NCBI GenBank assembly: GCA_951406725.2
Contig: OX597814.1
Span: forward strand, 34,100,001-34,164,000
Source: Octopus vulgaris
Taxonomy: Eukaryota
DNA length: 64,000 bases
Direction of reading: 5' to 3'
Positions 13,701-27,600 of this stretch are shown here, piece by piece; the first letter of the stretch is position 1; each line of letters opens with the position of its first letter. The position numbers and the translations under genes were made by a program. Below the pieces are notes generated by a model. That model searched no databases and had not been told where the DNA came from. It was given only the letters and a program-made list of their open reading frames with translations.

Positions 13701-16700
13701 GGCATGGTGACATTGAATGCTTCCATTGACTTGATTGCTGCTTTGTTTCCAGGTCATAGCCATAGCACCAGCTTTCATCACCATTGATGTCCTTCGCAAA
13801 AAGGTCTAGATCAACTTCCAATTGTTCTTTCAGTTCACGACATGCATTCAGTCGTGACTGCTTTTGATCTTCCATGAACAAGCAAGGCACAAATTTTGCT
13901 GCAACTCTTTCCATTTGTAATTCCTCACTCAAAATTTGTTGGTAGGAGCTCCAAAACACATCAATCATATCAACAATTTTGTCAGTTGTTCGGCAATGGT
14001 CCTCCAACATCAGTTCATGAATTTTCATGATGTTTTCATTTGTTCAAGAGGTCAACAGTCATCCTGAATGAGGTTGGTCTTCAAGCGACAAGCGACCATT
14101 CTTAAACTTGTGTTTTGCTCATGGCAGCATCCTTGTAACTGTTTGAAGCTTGACAACTGTTTCGGCTGCCATTTTCCCCAGCAGAAAACAGTATTTAATG
14201 GAAGCATACTGTTTCTTCATTGCAAAAATTGATGAACAGAGTAGCACTGCAAAACAATGATGCACCACATGGCAGTACAAGTTAACTCATCACTGCTGGT
14301 TGGCAGACTGATGCCTGAGGGTTACATCAAGTGGTTTCTTGTGGTGGAAGTCTGAAATACAATGTTTCCAGTTACTTTTGGGTACCTCCTCATACTAATC
14401 AAAATATGTAGCTGACAGCCTTCTTGATAGTTTTTCTTTTAAACATAGTCTTGCAGTAAATTTTGTTCTGGCACAAAAGAATCAACTCAGAATAATTTGA
14501 AAAGTTATTTATCATAGGATGGAACGTACATTTGCACATTTCTCTATCTTGAATTGCTAACAAGGAATATCTTATATCTCTCTTTACTCTTTTACTTGTT
14601 TCAGTCATTTGACTGCGGCCATGCTGGAGCACCGCCTTTAGTCGAGCAACTCGACCCCGGCACTTATTCTTTTCTAAGCCCAGTACTTATTCTATCGGTC
14701 TCTTTTGCCGAACCGCTAAGTGACGGGGACGTAAACACACCAGCATCGGTTGACAAGCAATGCTTGGGGGACAACACAGATACACAAACACACACACACA
14801 TACATATATACGACAGGCTTCTTTCAGTTTCCGTCTACCAAATCCACTCATAAGGCATTGGTCGGCCCGGGGCTATAGCAGAAGACACTTGCCCAAGGTG
14901 CCACGCAGTGGGACTGAACCCGGAACCATGTGGTTGGTAAGCAAGCTACTTACCACACAGCCACTCCTGCGCCTATATCTGAGTACATAAATTGAAGAAA
15001 AAAGATAGACAAAGATGTTAAAACTAGAAACTTTATTTTGAGTATATATATAAATCATCAAACATAGTTTGTAACAGAATAAACTTTAATTGGTCAAATA
15101 CTCAGAAAATATTGTTGTTTAAAACAAATAACACTGGGCAACAAAAAAAGGTAGATAATTATTATAATAGTATATTAGTATTGTATGTAGTATATTCATG
15201 TTCAAGGCAAATAGTATTATAATATAATGATACACAGTATATTTATGTTAAGGGAATACTCACTTTATTTTTGATAAGCTGAGAAATGTTCAAGACACTT
15301 GCTCTTGTGCTTATGCTTTGTGCTGGTCTCCTGTTGTAGGAACCAGCAGTAGTCACTTATCATGTGTGGATTGAACCAGCCTTGATACCTCGTTTCCATC
15401 TCAGATATGTCCTGGTGGAACCTCTCACCATGCTCATCACTAATGGCACCAAGATTCATTGGAAAAATATTGAGATGAGAATGCCAGAAGTGCATTTTAA
15501 GGGATATTCAGCATCCCATTCTTTCATATGCTGTTAGCATGTTGTTTATTAAATCAGCATAGTTTTCAGCTGTATGATTTCTAAAAAAGCTCTGTACAAC
15601 TAACACAAATGACTCCCATTCCATCAGCTCAATTGGATTCAGTTTACCAATGAATTTGCTATCAGACATCAAGGCTAACCTTGCTTGAGTCTACAAACAA
15701 TCTCCATTCATTAGCCACATGCACATGTGCTAGGTTTTGCATGAGTGCATTAACCTCAGTACAGAAACAAGCATTATTTTCTTGCTTGAAAAAGACAGAT
15801 AAGCCTTCATGGCGAGAACAGAAAATGGAAATTTTCACACCTTGCTGTAGTCTGGATCCAAAACTTCTGCCTTTTCCTTTGACAATGCTAGGTCTCTTAC
15901 TAAATCGATCAAATCTTCTTGATTAAGTATGCATGGCTCATTTTTCTTAGAATCAACTATGTACGCTTTGTCGATAGAAGAATTAGGGGATTCATCGTGT
16001 GACATGCCAAGTTCTTCAAGGGAATCATGTGAGAGGAGAACTGAGATAGTCATGTGGAACTGGTTTTAGAACCGGCTTACCATCTGCATACATAATTTTT
16101 GCGTTGGTTTTCTTTGAGAAACCACTAATATTAGTCATGCAAAAGTAACAATCAAAGACATGATTGGTTGGCTGACATCATACCATTGGTACAACAAAAG
16201 GCATTCCCTTCTGTTTTTCATTCAGCCATTATGTAAATCCTGAGTAAACACATGGTGCAAAATATATGGTGCCGACCTCTTGTCCTTGTCCCCAATTTTA
16301 CATCCAAAATAATATTTATAGGGTGGTTTTTAATTTGATGGCAATGTTCTTCTGCTGGTCATGCGGAGCAAATTTTCCACAGACATAACAAAAGTTGTCT
16401 AGGTGATTCACACAGTCTCTCCTAATACAATGAAAACAGTTAAAACAGTAATCACGCAGAGCGAGAGATACACATACCACATGTGACAGCAGCACAAACG
16501 GCATTGAGAGTTACCAAGAACAAACCGATGTATTTGGTGCTTGCACTCAACACCTTAGCGCCATCTATTGCTAAACTAAATAATGAACTTTCTCATCATT
16601 TGTTCTATTGCTGTTATTTCTTTAATTTTGAATTAAGACCACTTTCATTTTAGCAAATTTTATAATACAGCCTATATCTAGCTGAAAAGTATAGTTATAA

Positions 16701-19700
16701 TCTTGTGCATGCACACAACTCAAAATCCTGACGTGCCAGAACAATTCTGAGTGCAAATTCAGAATCAGCATCCCTGATTTAGTCTAAAACATATGCTTTT
16801 ACACCAGTAGCAAAATCTTTGTCCAGTGTAATTTAAGAATATTTTATTACAAAATATATCAATGATTACTGTATCGTTAATTATATATGTATCGTTTTAA
16901 ACTACATTACATTCCTTTTTCTTTTTACAGTTTTGCATCGTATAGTTACTCACAAGTGTTTTGAATACTATATATGTAAGTTGATTTCTCTTTCTATACT
17001 AATTCAACAAAGCTGCTTTAATAACTTGTGTTGTAATTGTACAAAAGAAATAGGAGTGACTATGAACCCTCTTTACCCATTGGCACATTATTTCAAAGTT
17101 TTCATTTTCATGTAGAATATCAAGAGCAAGCAAATGTGTTAACATAAAATCTGTCTAAGTTATACCTCATGAAACTCTTTTAAGTTTCATTCAAGGCATT
17201 AATCAACTCAAGGTGCTTTGCAGTGGGATCGAACCCAGATCCACGTGATTATAAAGTAAACATTCTAATCTTACAACTATGCCTACTCTTATATTACCGA
17301 TGATTCTTTTTCATTAAAACCCACATCTTATTGGAGCAGCTACAATAATTCATTCACTGGGACTATGGGTTTGAGTTAAGCCATATGAACTTTTCTCTGA
17401 TAAAAAAAAAAATAAGGATGTAATACAGCTGTAGTTTTTCTCTTACAATACATCTGGCCTTGTACCTGTATCAGAAATCATTTCTCTAGACTTTCAAAAC
17501 TCATAAATCCTTAAGCTAGAAGGTAGGTATTTTATTCAAAGGTTACATTGAACATGCGTACTCTTTGTGAATTTGAAGTGTCCATTACTAGATTTCATTC
17601 GTTATGGGTTCAATATAACTAGATTGTTTTGATGAGGTGCAAGTGGAGAGAGTGTTGTTAATTGAATATATTTCAGTAAATTATTGGTAATTAATACATT
17701 CTGAAATGAACAGCAATTTGCATATCTTACTTATGGATAACCACAATACTACAGTATTCATCTTGTGAAAGCATCTTGTATAGATGTATAGAACTAAAAG
17801 CATAGAAGTATCAGTAGCTAATGAAAAGTGTACAATAGTGACAGTGGAATTGTTAGGTTACGGGATAGTAATTCTACTGCACAAAAGGTTTTTTAAAGTT
17901 TGGTTTGGCAAGGTTTTCCATATTTCACTTATTAATTTACTGAATTTCATTCGAGAGATTTGTTTTTGTATTTTATAGATTTGACAATAGCATCAAACTT
18001 CACCTGGATTGTTATTGAAACTGTACAGATGTCAGGTATGTGATATTTCCCCAGTATTGTTTTCTTTTAAATCTATTTCTCTGTTTTTGCATGGGTTGGT
18101 GATATATTTACCATAACAATTGTTTTCACAAGTGCATGTCTTTCCCATCACTAATGATTATGCAGTGATAGTAGAGACTTTTTTTTCTTACTTATTACAA
18201 TCAGGTAACTTTGAGCTTTCTCAGAAGTACAACTGAGTTTTACAATATTAAGATTTGAGTGTATAACTGTAATCCAGCTTTTTAACCTCCATAGCATCTT
18301 ATTTCTTACCAGCCTTCATCTTTCTGAGGACATAAAATGAAGTATAAAATACTGAGGTTGATATAATTGGTTGTTCTTTCCCCCAAATTACTGGCCTATG
18401 CAGGAAATGAATATTTTAGGCTCCAACATATTTTAATTCTGTTTAAAAGTACTGGCCAAACATTGCTGGTTCAAAGTTCTAATTATTGTGTATAACTTCC
18501 AATAATGATGAATCAACAAACACAGTAAAACTAATGTTTGTTTTCAGTACTTAATGCTTCACCATATGAGTTTTAGAGAAAAGAGATAGTTAAAGCAATA
18601 GGGTACAAGTCAACTAATTGAAAGGTAACCTTGTTTAGTATATCAGCAATACTGTAAGTTGTGAGTAATTTTTTGGTTTCTAATGCTTAGACCAATTCAG
18701 CCTATTGAAAAAACTACTTTTGAGAGATAGTTTGAAGAGTTTAATCTCTCTAGAACTAAGTATGTGCATTCATAGAGCGCAAACATCCGCCAAGGCAACA
18801 CCAACATCCTCTCAATGATTAGCCGGAGATGATTTTTAAAATGAGGATATCTGAAATAAATTTGATAGCTCTCATGAACGACAATGCTAAAAATGAACTT
18901 GACCGCTCACAAAAATTCAGAAAAAATAATACAGAATCCTTGTCCAGTGCTAGGTTGATCCCAAAATCTAATCAGTTCTTGCTAGTCATGAGGCCAAACA
19001 TCCTTGAAAGTTTCATCCGAATCCATCCAGCAGTTCTTGAGATATCTTGTCCATGGACAAACAAACAAACACAACTGCAAACAATACCTCCACTATGGCA
19101 GAGGTAATAATGAAGGAAATGATATATAGTTATAGTAATATTTCTATGCTATTCTGTCTGTTGGAATAGATTTTTCTCTTTTACTTGATTCAGTCATTGG
19201 ACTGCAGCCATACTGGGGTACTGTCTCGAAGGGCTTTAGTTGAATGAATTGACCCCAGTACTTCTTTTAAAACCTGATACTTATCCTATTGCCAAACTTT
19301 TAGGTTATGGGGATGTAATCAAAGCAACACCTGTTGTCAAGTGATGGTGGAGGGCAAACACACACACACATATTTATACATAGCTATATAAATACAGGGT
19401 AAAAATTATTAATGATTAATATCAGTGGTTAGCATGCATAATAAAACTTGGAAGACATAAATATTTTTATAATATAATAGTGTATAAGAGTTTATATACA
19501 GAGAGGAGACCACCATGGGGATTCCTTACATGCTAGAAAGGGCAGTCAAAACCCAAACCATCATTTTCGTGGTTTGGGTTTTGATAGCCCTTTCTAGCAT
19601 GTAAGGAATGTACATGGCCTCTTCACCATGTATAAACTCTTATACACTATTGTATTATAAAAATCATATATATATTTAGTTTCAGTCTATCAATACACCT

Positions 19701-20023
19701 GTAAGGTTTTAGTTGACCTGGGGCTGTAGTAGAAGACTTTTGCTTAAGATGTCACACAGTGGGACTGAACCTGAAACTATGTAGTTGGGAAGCAAACTTC
19801 TTACCACTCAGGCACTCGTGTGTTAAGTCTCTATATTATTTGCTATATTATTTACATAAACCAATAATAATGTTGGTGATAATGATAGCAGTCTTTATAA
19901 TCACCATCTTTATCATTGGAATACATTCACATTTCTCTATTGTTACTAAAACATTGCTTTAAGTATTTCAAATTTGTGATGTTTGTTTAGGTTGTCCATT
20001 TATTTTTATATTGTTTTGCATGG

Positions 20024-20064
<41 letters not shown>

Positions 20065-21597
20065 TGCTCATCATCACCATTATCAAAAGATCAATAAATA
20101 TGTACCTGATATCTAATTTCCAAGGATTAACTTAATCTACCATGCACCTTCCATGACTTATGGCATTGTGCCAATATATGCATTTTTTCCTTCCTTTGTA
20201 ATTAATGTATGTACTCTTCAGAATGTTTTGTTTATTTCTGTCATTGTACTTTACTGTATATATTTAAGCTGCCTCTGTAGTAAAATAAAGAAATTATCAA
20301 AGAGTATTGCAGTTTGCTTGAAGCATTGCAGAATATAAAAATTAGTGATTTGGGAAGTTATTATAATTCAATTTGGAATAGATTAAACACAAGTAAGAAC
20401 AATGATTAAACTTTATCTTAAAAAACATAACAATCCCAGTATTTTAGGCAAAATGCACCTAATAAAAGAACAAGAAGAATGGGAAAGATATCTTAACTTG
20501 TTAAAAGTCCAAGTTCATATGATGGGCAAAATGATCAGATTAGCCAATATCAGTTGCTTGAACCATATTGGATACTCTAGTGATGCCTACTGGTGCTGTA
20601 CATAGGCATGCTGTGGGTGATGATGTGCAGACATGTGCTGAGGCTACAACCTCTCCAGCAATTCCTTCACAGTGAGCAGATGTCAGATAAGTATTTCCAT
20701 AGCTCCTTCTTCTGATTGAGCTGCAGTTCTAGGTAAAGCAAAGACCAAGACAAGGTGATTGGCATCTGGAATGTCATCAAGCATTCACAGCTATCTACCA
20801 GTCAGGCAATGTGGTCAGTGGAAGTTCTACATTGGTGTTCTATAGAGGGTTAGTAGCACACAAGAGTGATGATGTTCATGGGAAAACACTGAGTGTTGAT
20901 GATCGGCTGGCTGGTCTGTTCTGGAGAACCTTCAGGTCTGGGCCCATAGATAATTTCCAGAAACCCCTAGCTAGGGAGTACCACCAGGGACTATTGCCAA
21001 CTTGAGATAAACTCTCCAAACATAGAAGTGCATCAGCTGGTCTGCCCAAAATGCATGCAGAGCAATGTCCATTACCTGAACATTGTGAAGTTATGTTAAA
21101 CGCTTGTTGTTATGTACAGGGTGACTCTAGCTATCAGTGCTGAATCCATTGTGAAGATCATTCTGCCACCTTCTTTTGGCCAGAAAGGACAGACTGTCTT
21201 TATCCATCTAGTGGCCTTAGTGAAAGCGATTGTGTGGTAGATCAGTTTGAAAGGGCTGAAGATAAACACCTTCCCATTTGGCCAGCCCTCTTCATTTGTT
21301 TGGAGTTTCACTTGAAAAAAAACAAATGAGTATGTGCCTGTAGACTGAAGGACAACAACAGAAAGAAGGCACTTGCCTTAATGGTGAGGGGGACTGTTGT
21401 TTTGTCGGGTTCTCCATGAGTAACCTTGAGGAGAATCCCTCATTAAGAGAATTATTCATTAAAAAAAGTTTGGAATCTATTGTTTCTTTCTTTTTGATAT
21501 CCTCCTTTTTTACATGCGCTTTCATGTAATCCTATACTGTAACATATTGTACCTTCCTCAATGTTTTTTGTGAATCCTTAGTGGTTAATAAAAAAAC

Positions 21598-21673
<76 letters not shown>

Positions 21674-24600
21674 ACAGTTCAACACATAAGTGTGAAAAAG
21701 TATGACTTCACAGCTACAGGAGTAACTGTATTCTTTATTTATAGTAAGTATATTTCAGTTTATTACAATAATTTTGTGATGTTTCTGTTTCATCTTGGTA
21801 TAAAAAAAAAATCTTGCATATGACTATTATTCAAATGATTAACTTTCTAAGGTGCATAAACTTACGTTTTGGTTTCATGCTTTGGTAAATTTGTGTCTAC
21901 AAATTTACACTCTTGAATGTTTTGTTGTGCCTTGTTATCTTCAGTTTTTGTTATGGTGCATATATAACAACATACACACTCTCTTCTCTCCTTACTCATT
22001 CCCTCTTTCTCTCATTTTATCCATTCTCTTTTTCTCTTGCTTTTCTCTCTCCTTTTGTTCCCTCTCATTGCCTATTGTATAATATAAAGTGACTAATGAC
22101 TGAAACAATTGTGATATTCCAGTGTGAGCAAAGAAGCCTGATCTAATTTTTTCTATGTAAAGTTTCAGGAGGGAAGAATGGACTATATTCTTGGCTTTCA
22201 TGGGTCCTCATATGGATGTCATTTTATTTAAACATTACCATAAAATTTATGCCCAAGTACATGTTACTTTAGCTCTATTATAGTTGTTTGAGTCCAATTA
22301 TGAATTGTTAGCTCCATTATAGTTCTTGTACTTTCATTCCAGTGTAAGTTCATTCTAGTTTTTAAGTATGTCTACACAGTGTAATTTCCACTGTTGTTAA
22401 GTTCATATCAGCTCTGATTAAGCACACCTACGATCAAAGATTTTCCAGCCAAGATGATCCTGTTTCTTTTTCTTTTCAAGCATGGTGTCTTAGACTACAT
22501 TAGCTAATATGCCATTCTGTTTATAAGATAACAATGTGTGATTTGAGAAAGATTTGGCTGTTACTTCCAGCAGGTTAGCTCATTGCTAACCTGAGTTTAT
22601 TACCATTGATATACTTGAAAAAAAAAATTGTACATTTCAAATTTTAGCAATAAATGTATTTCCTATTATAAATGTTACACTGAATTTCAAATATGCTAAC
22701 ATGTCAATATATGATAGAGAAATAAGGGTTGTTAAACCAAAATTTGGCAGAGTCTGGAGAGCAGCGATGTTCAATATGTTTCTGAGAGATATTTAAAATA
22801 AAAGATGTAAGTAGAAATTTGGATAACTCTTGGGCAAACTCATGATTGTTGATAGTAGAATGGCATGAATAGTTTCTGTGAGACAAGAAAGATTTAGGGG
22901 AGGGCAGGGAAGGTTGTGATTAGTTTAGATACACTGAAGTAAGTAAAACAAATTATTGAGAGCTTAGAGTAGCTGTCAACATTGGAATGATTGGAGTTTC
23001 TCATTAGTATATATTAGCATTGGTGTTCCTCTGGTTGTTGATAATTGGCAGTGACATGTAATGATTTATCAGTGACAGCTGTAATACTTGATGACTGGAT
23101 ATGGATGTGTGTGATGACCTATGATTTGTCATCAATGGCTGATGTGTAGCCTTGAATGCTGGTAGTGGTTGATAATTGTACAAGGTTAGCTGTGGTGGTT
23201 AGTGATTTGGCATAAAGGAAAAAATATGCAGCAGAAATAGCTTTGTATTAGTTGGAAGAGGATTTTCGACTTACATTAGAATCTGTTTTTGTCTACTTAC
23301 TAATTGACCAGTGATGGCTGTGTTTGCAGACCATTGCACAAAGATGAGTGAGAGCTGTTGGCAGATTATTGGCTATGGGTGACTGGGGTGACTGAAAATT
23401 GGTTATAATGATTGGCCAAAGATGAGTTACACTTGGTTTGTGGTGGCTGTAGATTGGGTCTGAATGATGTAGGAATTGTTTTGTGTCAAAGGGGAAAGGA
23501 TATTTTTGACCTACATTAGAATTTGTTCTTGTCTATATAACTGACCAAAGTCTCAAATGTTTTGTGTTTCTTTTACAGTATATGTCATTGAAGCATGTCT
23601 GAAAATTCTTGGTAAAGGACCAAGAGAATATTTTACAACTGGTTGGGATCTGTAAGTTAAACAATTTATATTATATATACTGGTTTCTTGTTAAGTTTTT
23701 TTCAAAATCAGCTTTATATAATGGAAATTATATTTCTTACATATTTTTGTAGAAATCCAAGTCAGTAAATCTATTGTATTTATTATTTTGTTCTTGATTT
23801 TTTACATCAAAATAACTGTAGGTGATTGTAGTCTCACATTTCTGTTCAGATCTTCATGTAGTAACTCTACTTTTTTCAGAATCAATATTTGTTTAAGCAA
23901 GAATTGAAACTCCTCTGCTTACCTATAAAATCGGACATTTAAGTGATTCAGTGATAGATTGCTGTCTGAGAATTCACTAATTCTGTAGTGGTTTTCTGTT
24001 TTGCTATTGAATACTTTCTAATTAGTAGTCTCTCATTTTCTATCTCTTAAACATATTACAAGATGTTGTAGGAGTTTGTTCCTAGTTTTCTGTTTTCCAA
24101 TGTAGTGTTTGTCTTTCAGATGATGCCTGTATATTCTGTAATAAGTTAGTAAAAAGAGGAGAGGCAGGGCACATGCCCTTTGCAGGTTCTTCTACATCGA
24201 GAGCTTGTTAATGTTCATCTTTAACATGTATGGGTCAATTTTTTCAGGAAAAATATGAGTAGGGACGGAATTCCAGAAGGTTGCAGTTCTGAGAGGATGG
24301 GATATGTGAAGTGTTTAGTGTTGTGTCTGGGGTTTGAAACACACAAAGAGTGATATGAGGGGAAGAAAGAATGAGTAAGTTTGGTTGGAGAGAGTATGTA
24401 AATAATTAGTTAAGAGGAGCAGAGGCCATCCTAGTAGTAGTTATTAGTGGATGTGTGTTGGTGAGTACATCGTTGCCTGTCAGTCAGATGACCATTTAGG
24501 CTCCAATGTAGATCTTATTTAAACTTTATAGAATGTTAGCAACTGATCAGAGCTGTGTGCAGAATGCGAAGGACGTATCCCTAGCATTACACACACAAGA

Positions 24601-27600
24601 AGTTTCATCTGCATAGGAGTATGTGTTGTTAGAGAGGAGTAGGTGTTGTACAGAAAGAAGAGTGTAGTAAACATAACCAAACCTAGGGGGTATACCAGAG
24701 TTTATATAAAGTGAGTAGGAGAGGATCTTACTGGTACATACTGCAGTGGTGTAATCTGGTTGGAATCTTCTGATTCAAGAAGTAAAAGACATGTTGATCG
24801 AAAGAGAGCAACTTGGCTGTTGTTCTCTAAAGAGAGTAAGAGACTCAAGGTAGATTACGAAAGAAAAATTAAGCCAATTCTTTTCACAAAATTCAACAAA
24901 AACTTGTCCAATATAGAAATTTGCCAACAATGGAAAACCAAAAGATGGCACCAAAGATTTCAGTTTGGTGGTTGAGGATGTAGTTGAGATAACCAGCCCC
25001 AAATGGTACTATATGATAACTGTGTAAGAGTGGCGGCATAGAGAAGTGGAGTTTGGGAAGAGGATTTGTTGACTGTGTAGTGTAGTGCTGGAAGTATGGG
25101 AAAGACATGTGATTTTTACAGCAGGTCTTTTAACAGAGATGCAGTCATGTATAGAATTAGGTTGTGGTAGACAATTCCCACCACCACACACCATAGGGGT
25201 TGTGGCAATATTTCATCAAATTAAGATGGATTCAAACTTTTTAAATTTGCCCAACATCATAGCAAAGAAAATTATATGAATGTAAACTCTATTTTGACTT
25301 ATTAATCAAGCAACTTTGCTAAAAAGAATTTCATTAATATTTAAATTGTTGTTGTTGGTGTGGGGAGTGGTCATTTGTTAGTTTGAGAATCACTAACTGA
25401 GCTGATGTGAAGTACAAGAAGTTTGCAGTTGTTAACATTTCCTTCTCAAAGCACCAGAAATATGTCATTTGTTATTGTGAAAAGAATAATTTTCTTTTGT
25501 TATTAAATATTGAAGGGGTAGAATTCAGCATCATTACTTGCACCTCATTTAATATTTTCAATATTTTTGCTTTGTTCATGTTAAGTGAAGTTGTGCTCCA
25601 TTCTTTGCTACTATGTTCTTGTAAAAATGTTTTGTAGCATTTTTACTTAATTGCCAAAAAATAGAATAAAAGCCATGGCTGGGGTGTCTATGATCATGTG
25701 TCTGCTCTGTTCGGACTAACTCTGCATTAAAACTAGTATTTTCTTTTTTCAATAAAGATTATTTTCTTTCTATTTTCAGGTTTGACTTTTTTGTTACATT
25801 AGTAAGCATTATCGGTCTGCTTGGTGAGATTGTCAATCATAATTTTTATTACATCATGGTTCTCCGACCATTCAGACTTCTCAGGTTTGTTACCGTTTTC
25901 TCTTATTACCAACATTACTGCCACTTCTGTCACTTACCACCATCCCCTAATACATACACACACTAACACATGCATACTCACATCACACATGCACAGGGCT
26001 ATTTTAGCAGAATTATAGCCACAGTCCCAGGCAAAGCAATGCATAGAGGCTCCCTACATACATAACAACATATGTAGGTTAGCATTGGGCTCCTTGATGC
26101 ATAGGACCTCGGGTAACTGTCCAGTGTGCCCATGCTTTCAAACGACATGCACATACACACAAATCATCATCATCATCATCATCATCGTTGTACATTATAT
26201 ATGAATAAAGTTGTCTTTCATACTTCGAGTAATAAAAATAAAGTAGTCATAAAGTAAGATTGTTTTTCTTCACCTCATAATTATCTCTAATTCTTTTATG
26301 AAGTTTCTTCGGTGATATTGACACTTGCTTCTGGTGTTGTATCTCTGCAGATTATTCAAAATCAATCGAAGATATCGAGATGTTCTGGGAACATTCTTTG
26401 TTATTTTCTCACGTCTTGTCAGGTAATGATGCTTTCTGTTACTGTTCTTTTTTATTTATATTTTTATATTACTGTTGTTAGAAATGGATATTCAATGTTG
26501 TTTCATGACTGGATACTTTTTATTTTTAAGGCACATAAAAGACACCATTTGAGCATGGCTGTTGCCAGTACTGCCTGACTGGCTCTCGTGTTGGTGGCAT
26601 GTAAAAGCACCCACTACACTCTTGGAGTGGTTGGCATTAGGAAGGGCATCCAACTGTAGAAACTCTGCAAGATCAGATTGGAACCTGGTGCAGCCATTTG
26701 GTTCGCCAGTCTTCAGTCAAAATGTCCAACCCTTGCTAGCAGGGAAAGTAGACGTTAAACGATGATGATGATGAACAGTAAAAATTTAAGTGACACATAT
26801 TGCTGATTCATTGAAACAAAAGCCTTGTTGTTAGCAGTAATCCTATCTTTCTACTGTTTAACTATATTTTAAGTACTGTACAACTAATATGATTCCATAT
26901 TTTAGAGAAGAATGAACAAGAAGTGTGACACTTATGACTTACTCATGAGCATTAGCAGAGTAAATGAAAATGGTGAGCTGGTGGAATCTTTAGCATGTCA
27001 GACAAAATGTTTAGTGGTGTTTCATTCATCTTTACGCTCCGAGTTCAAATTCTGCTGGTGTCAACTTTGCCTTTCATCCATTTGGGGTCAATAAGATAAG
27101 TACCAGTTGAGCACTGGGATATCAGTCTAATCAATCTGTCCCTCCCCCAAATTGCTGGCCTTGTGCCAGAACCTGAAAGCATTAGTAGAAAAAGTGAAGT
27201 GAAATGGTTTTAATGAAGTATTGAAACACCAAATGTCATAACTTGGTAGAAGCTTCACTCTTATTTTTACCATACTTACCACCATTCTGTAGTTACCAAT
27301 CAATGAAATTTATTGCATTTGGTCAACAAATCACTCCGAAACCAAGCAAAATGGGTAAGGGTTAGCAACAGGAAGAGCATTTGTTGTAAAACAGTGCCTC
27401 AGTTATGTTTTCATTCAACCCATGCTAGCATAGAAAAACTGTGGTTAAACAAATGAATGAATAAAACAGTGAAATTGAATAAATTTTGTTAAGCCAAAAT
27501 ACAAGCTGCTCTACTTATCTGGAACTTAGTACACTTCTAGTTAAAATTGAGAAGAAAGCAGTAGGATGGACATCCAGACATAAGATCTCTTTCGCTAACA

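Noticed and set aside
13567-14028. SETMAR-like domesticated gene
   Set aside because: It is a frameshifted transposase inside TA-flanked TIRs, an ordinary dead mariner.
21581-21823. Poly-isoleucine ORF
   Set aside because: It is the translation of a (TAT)n microsatellite; only 21678-21743 is exon.
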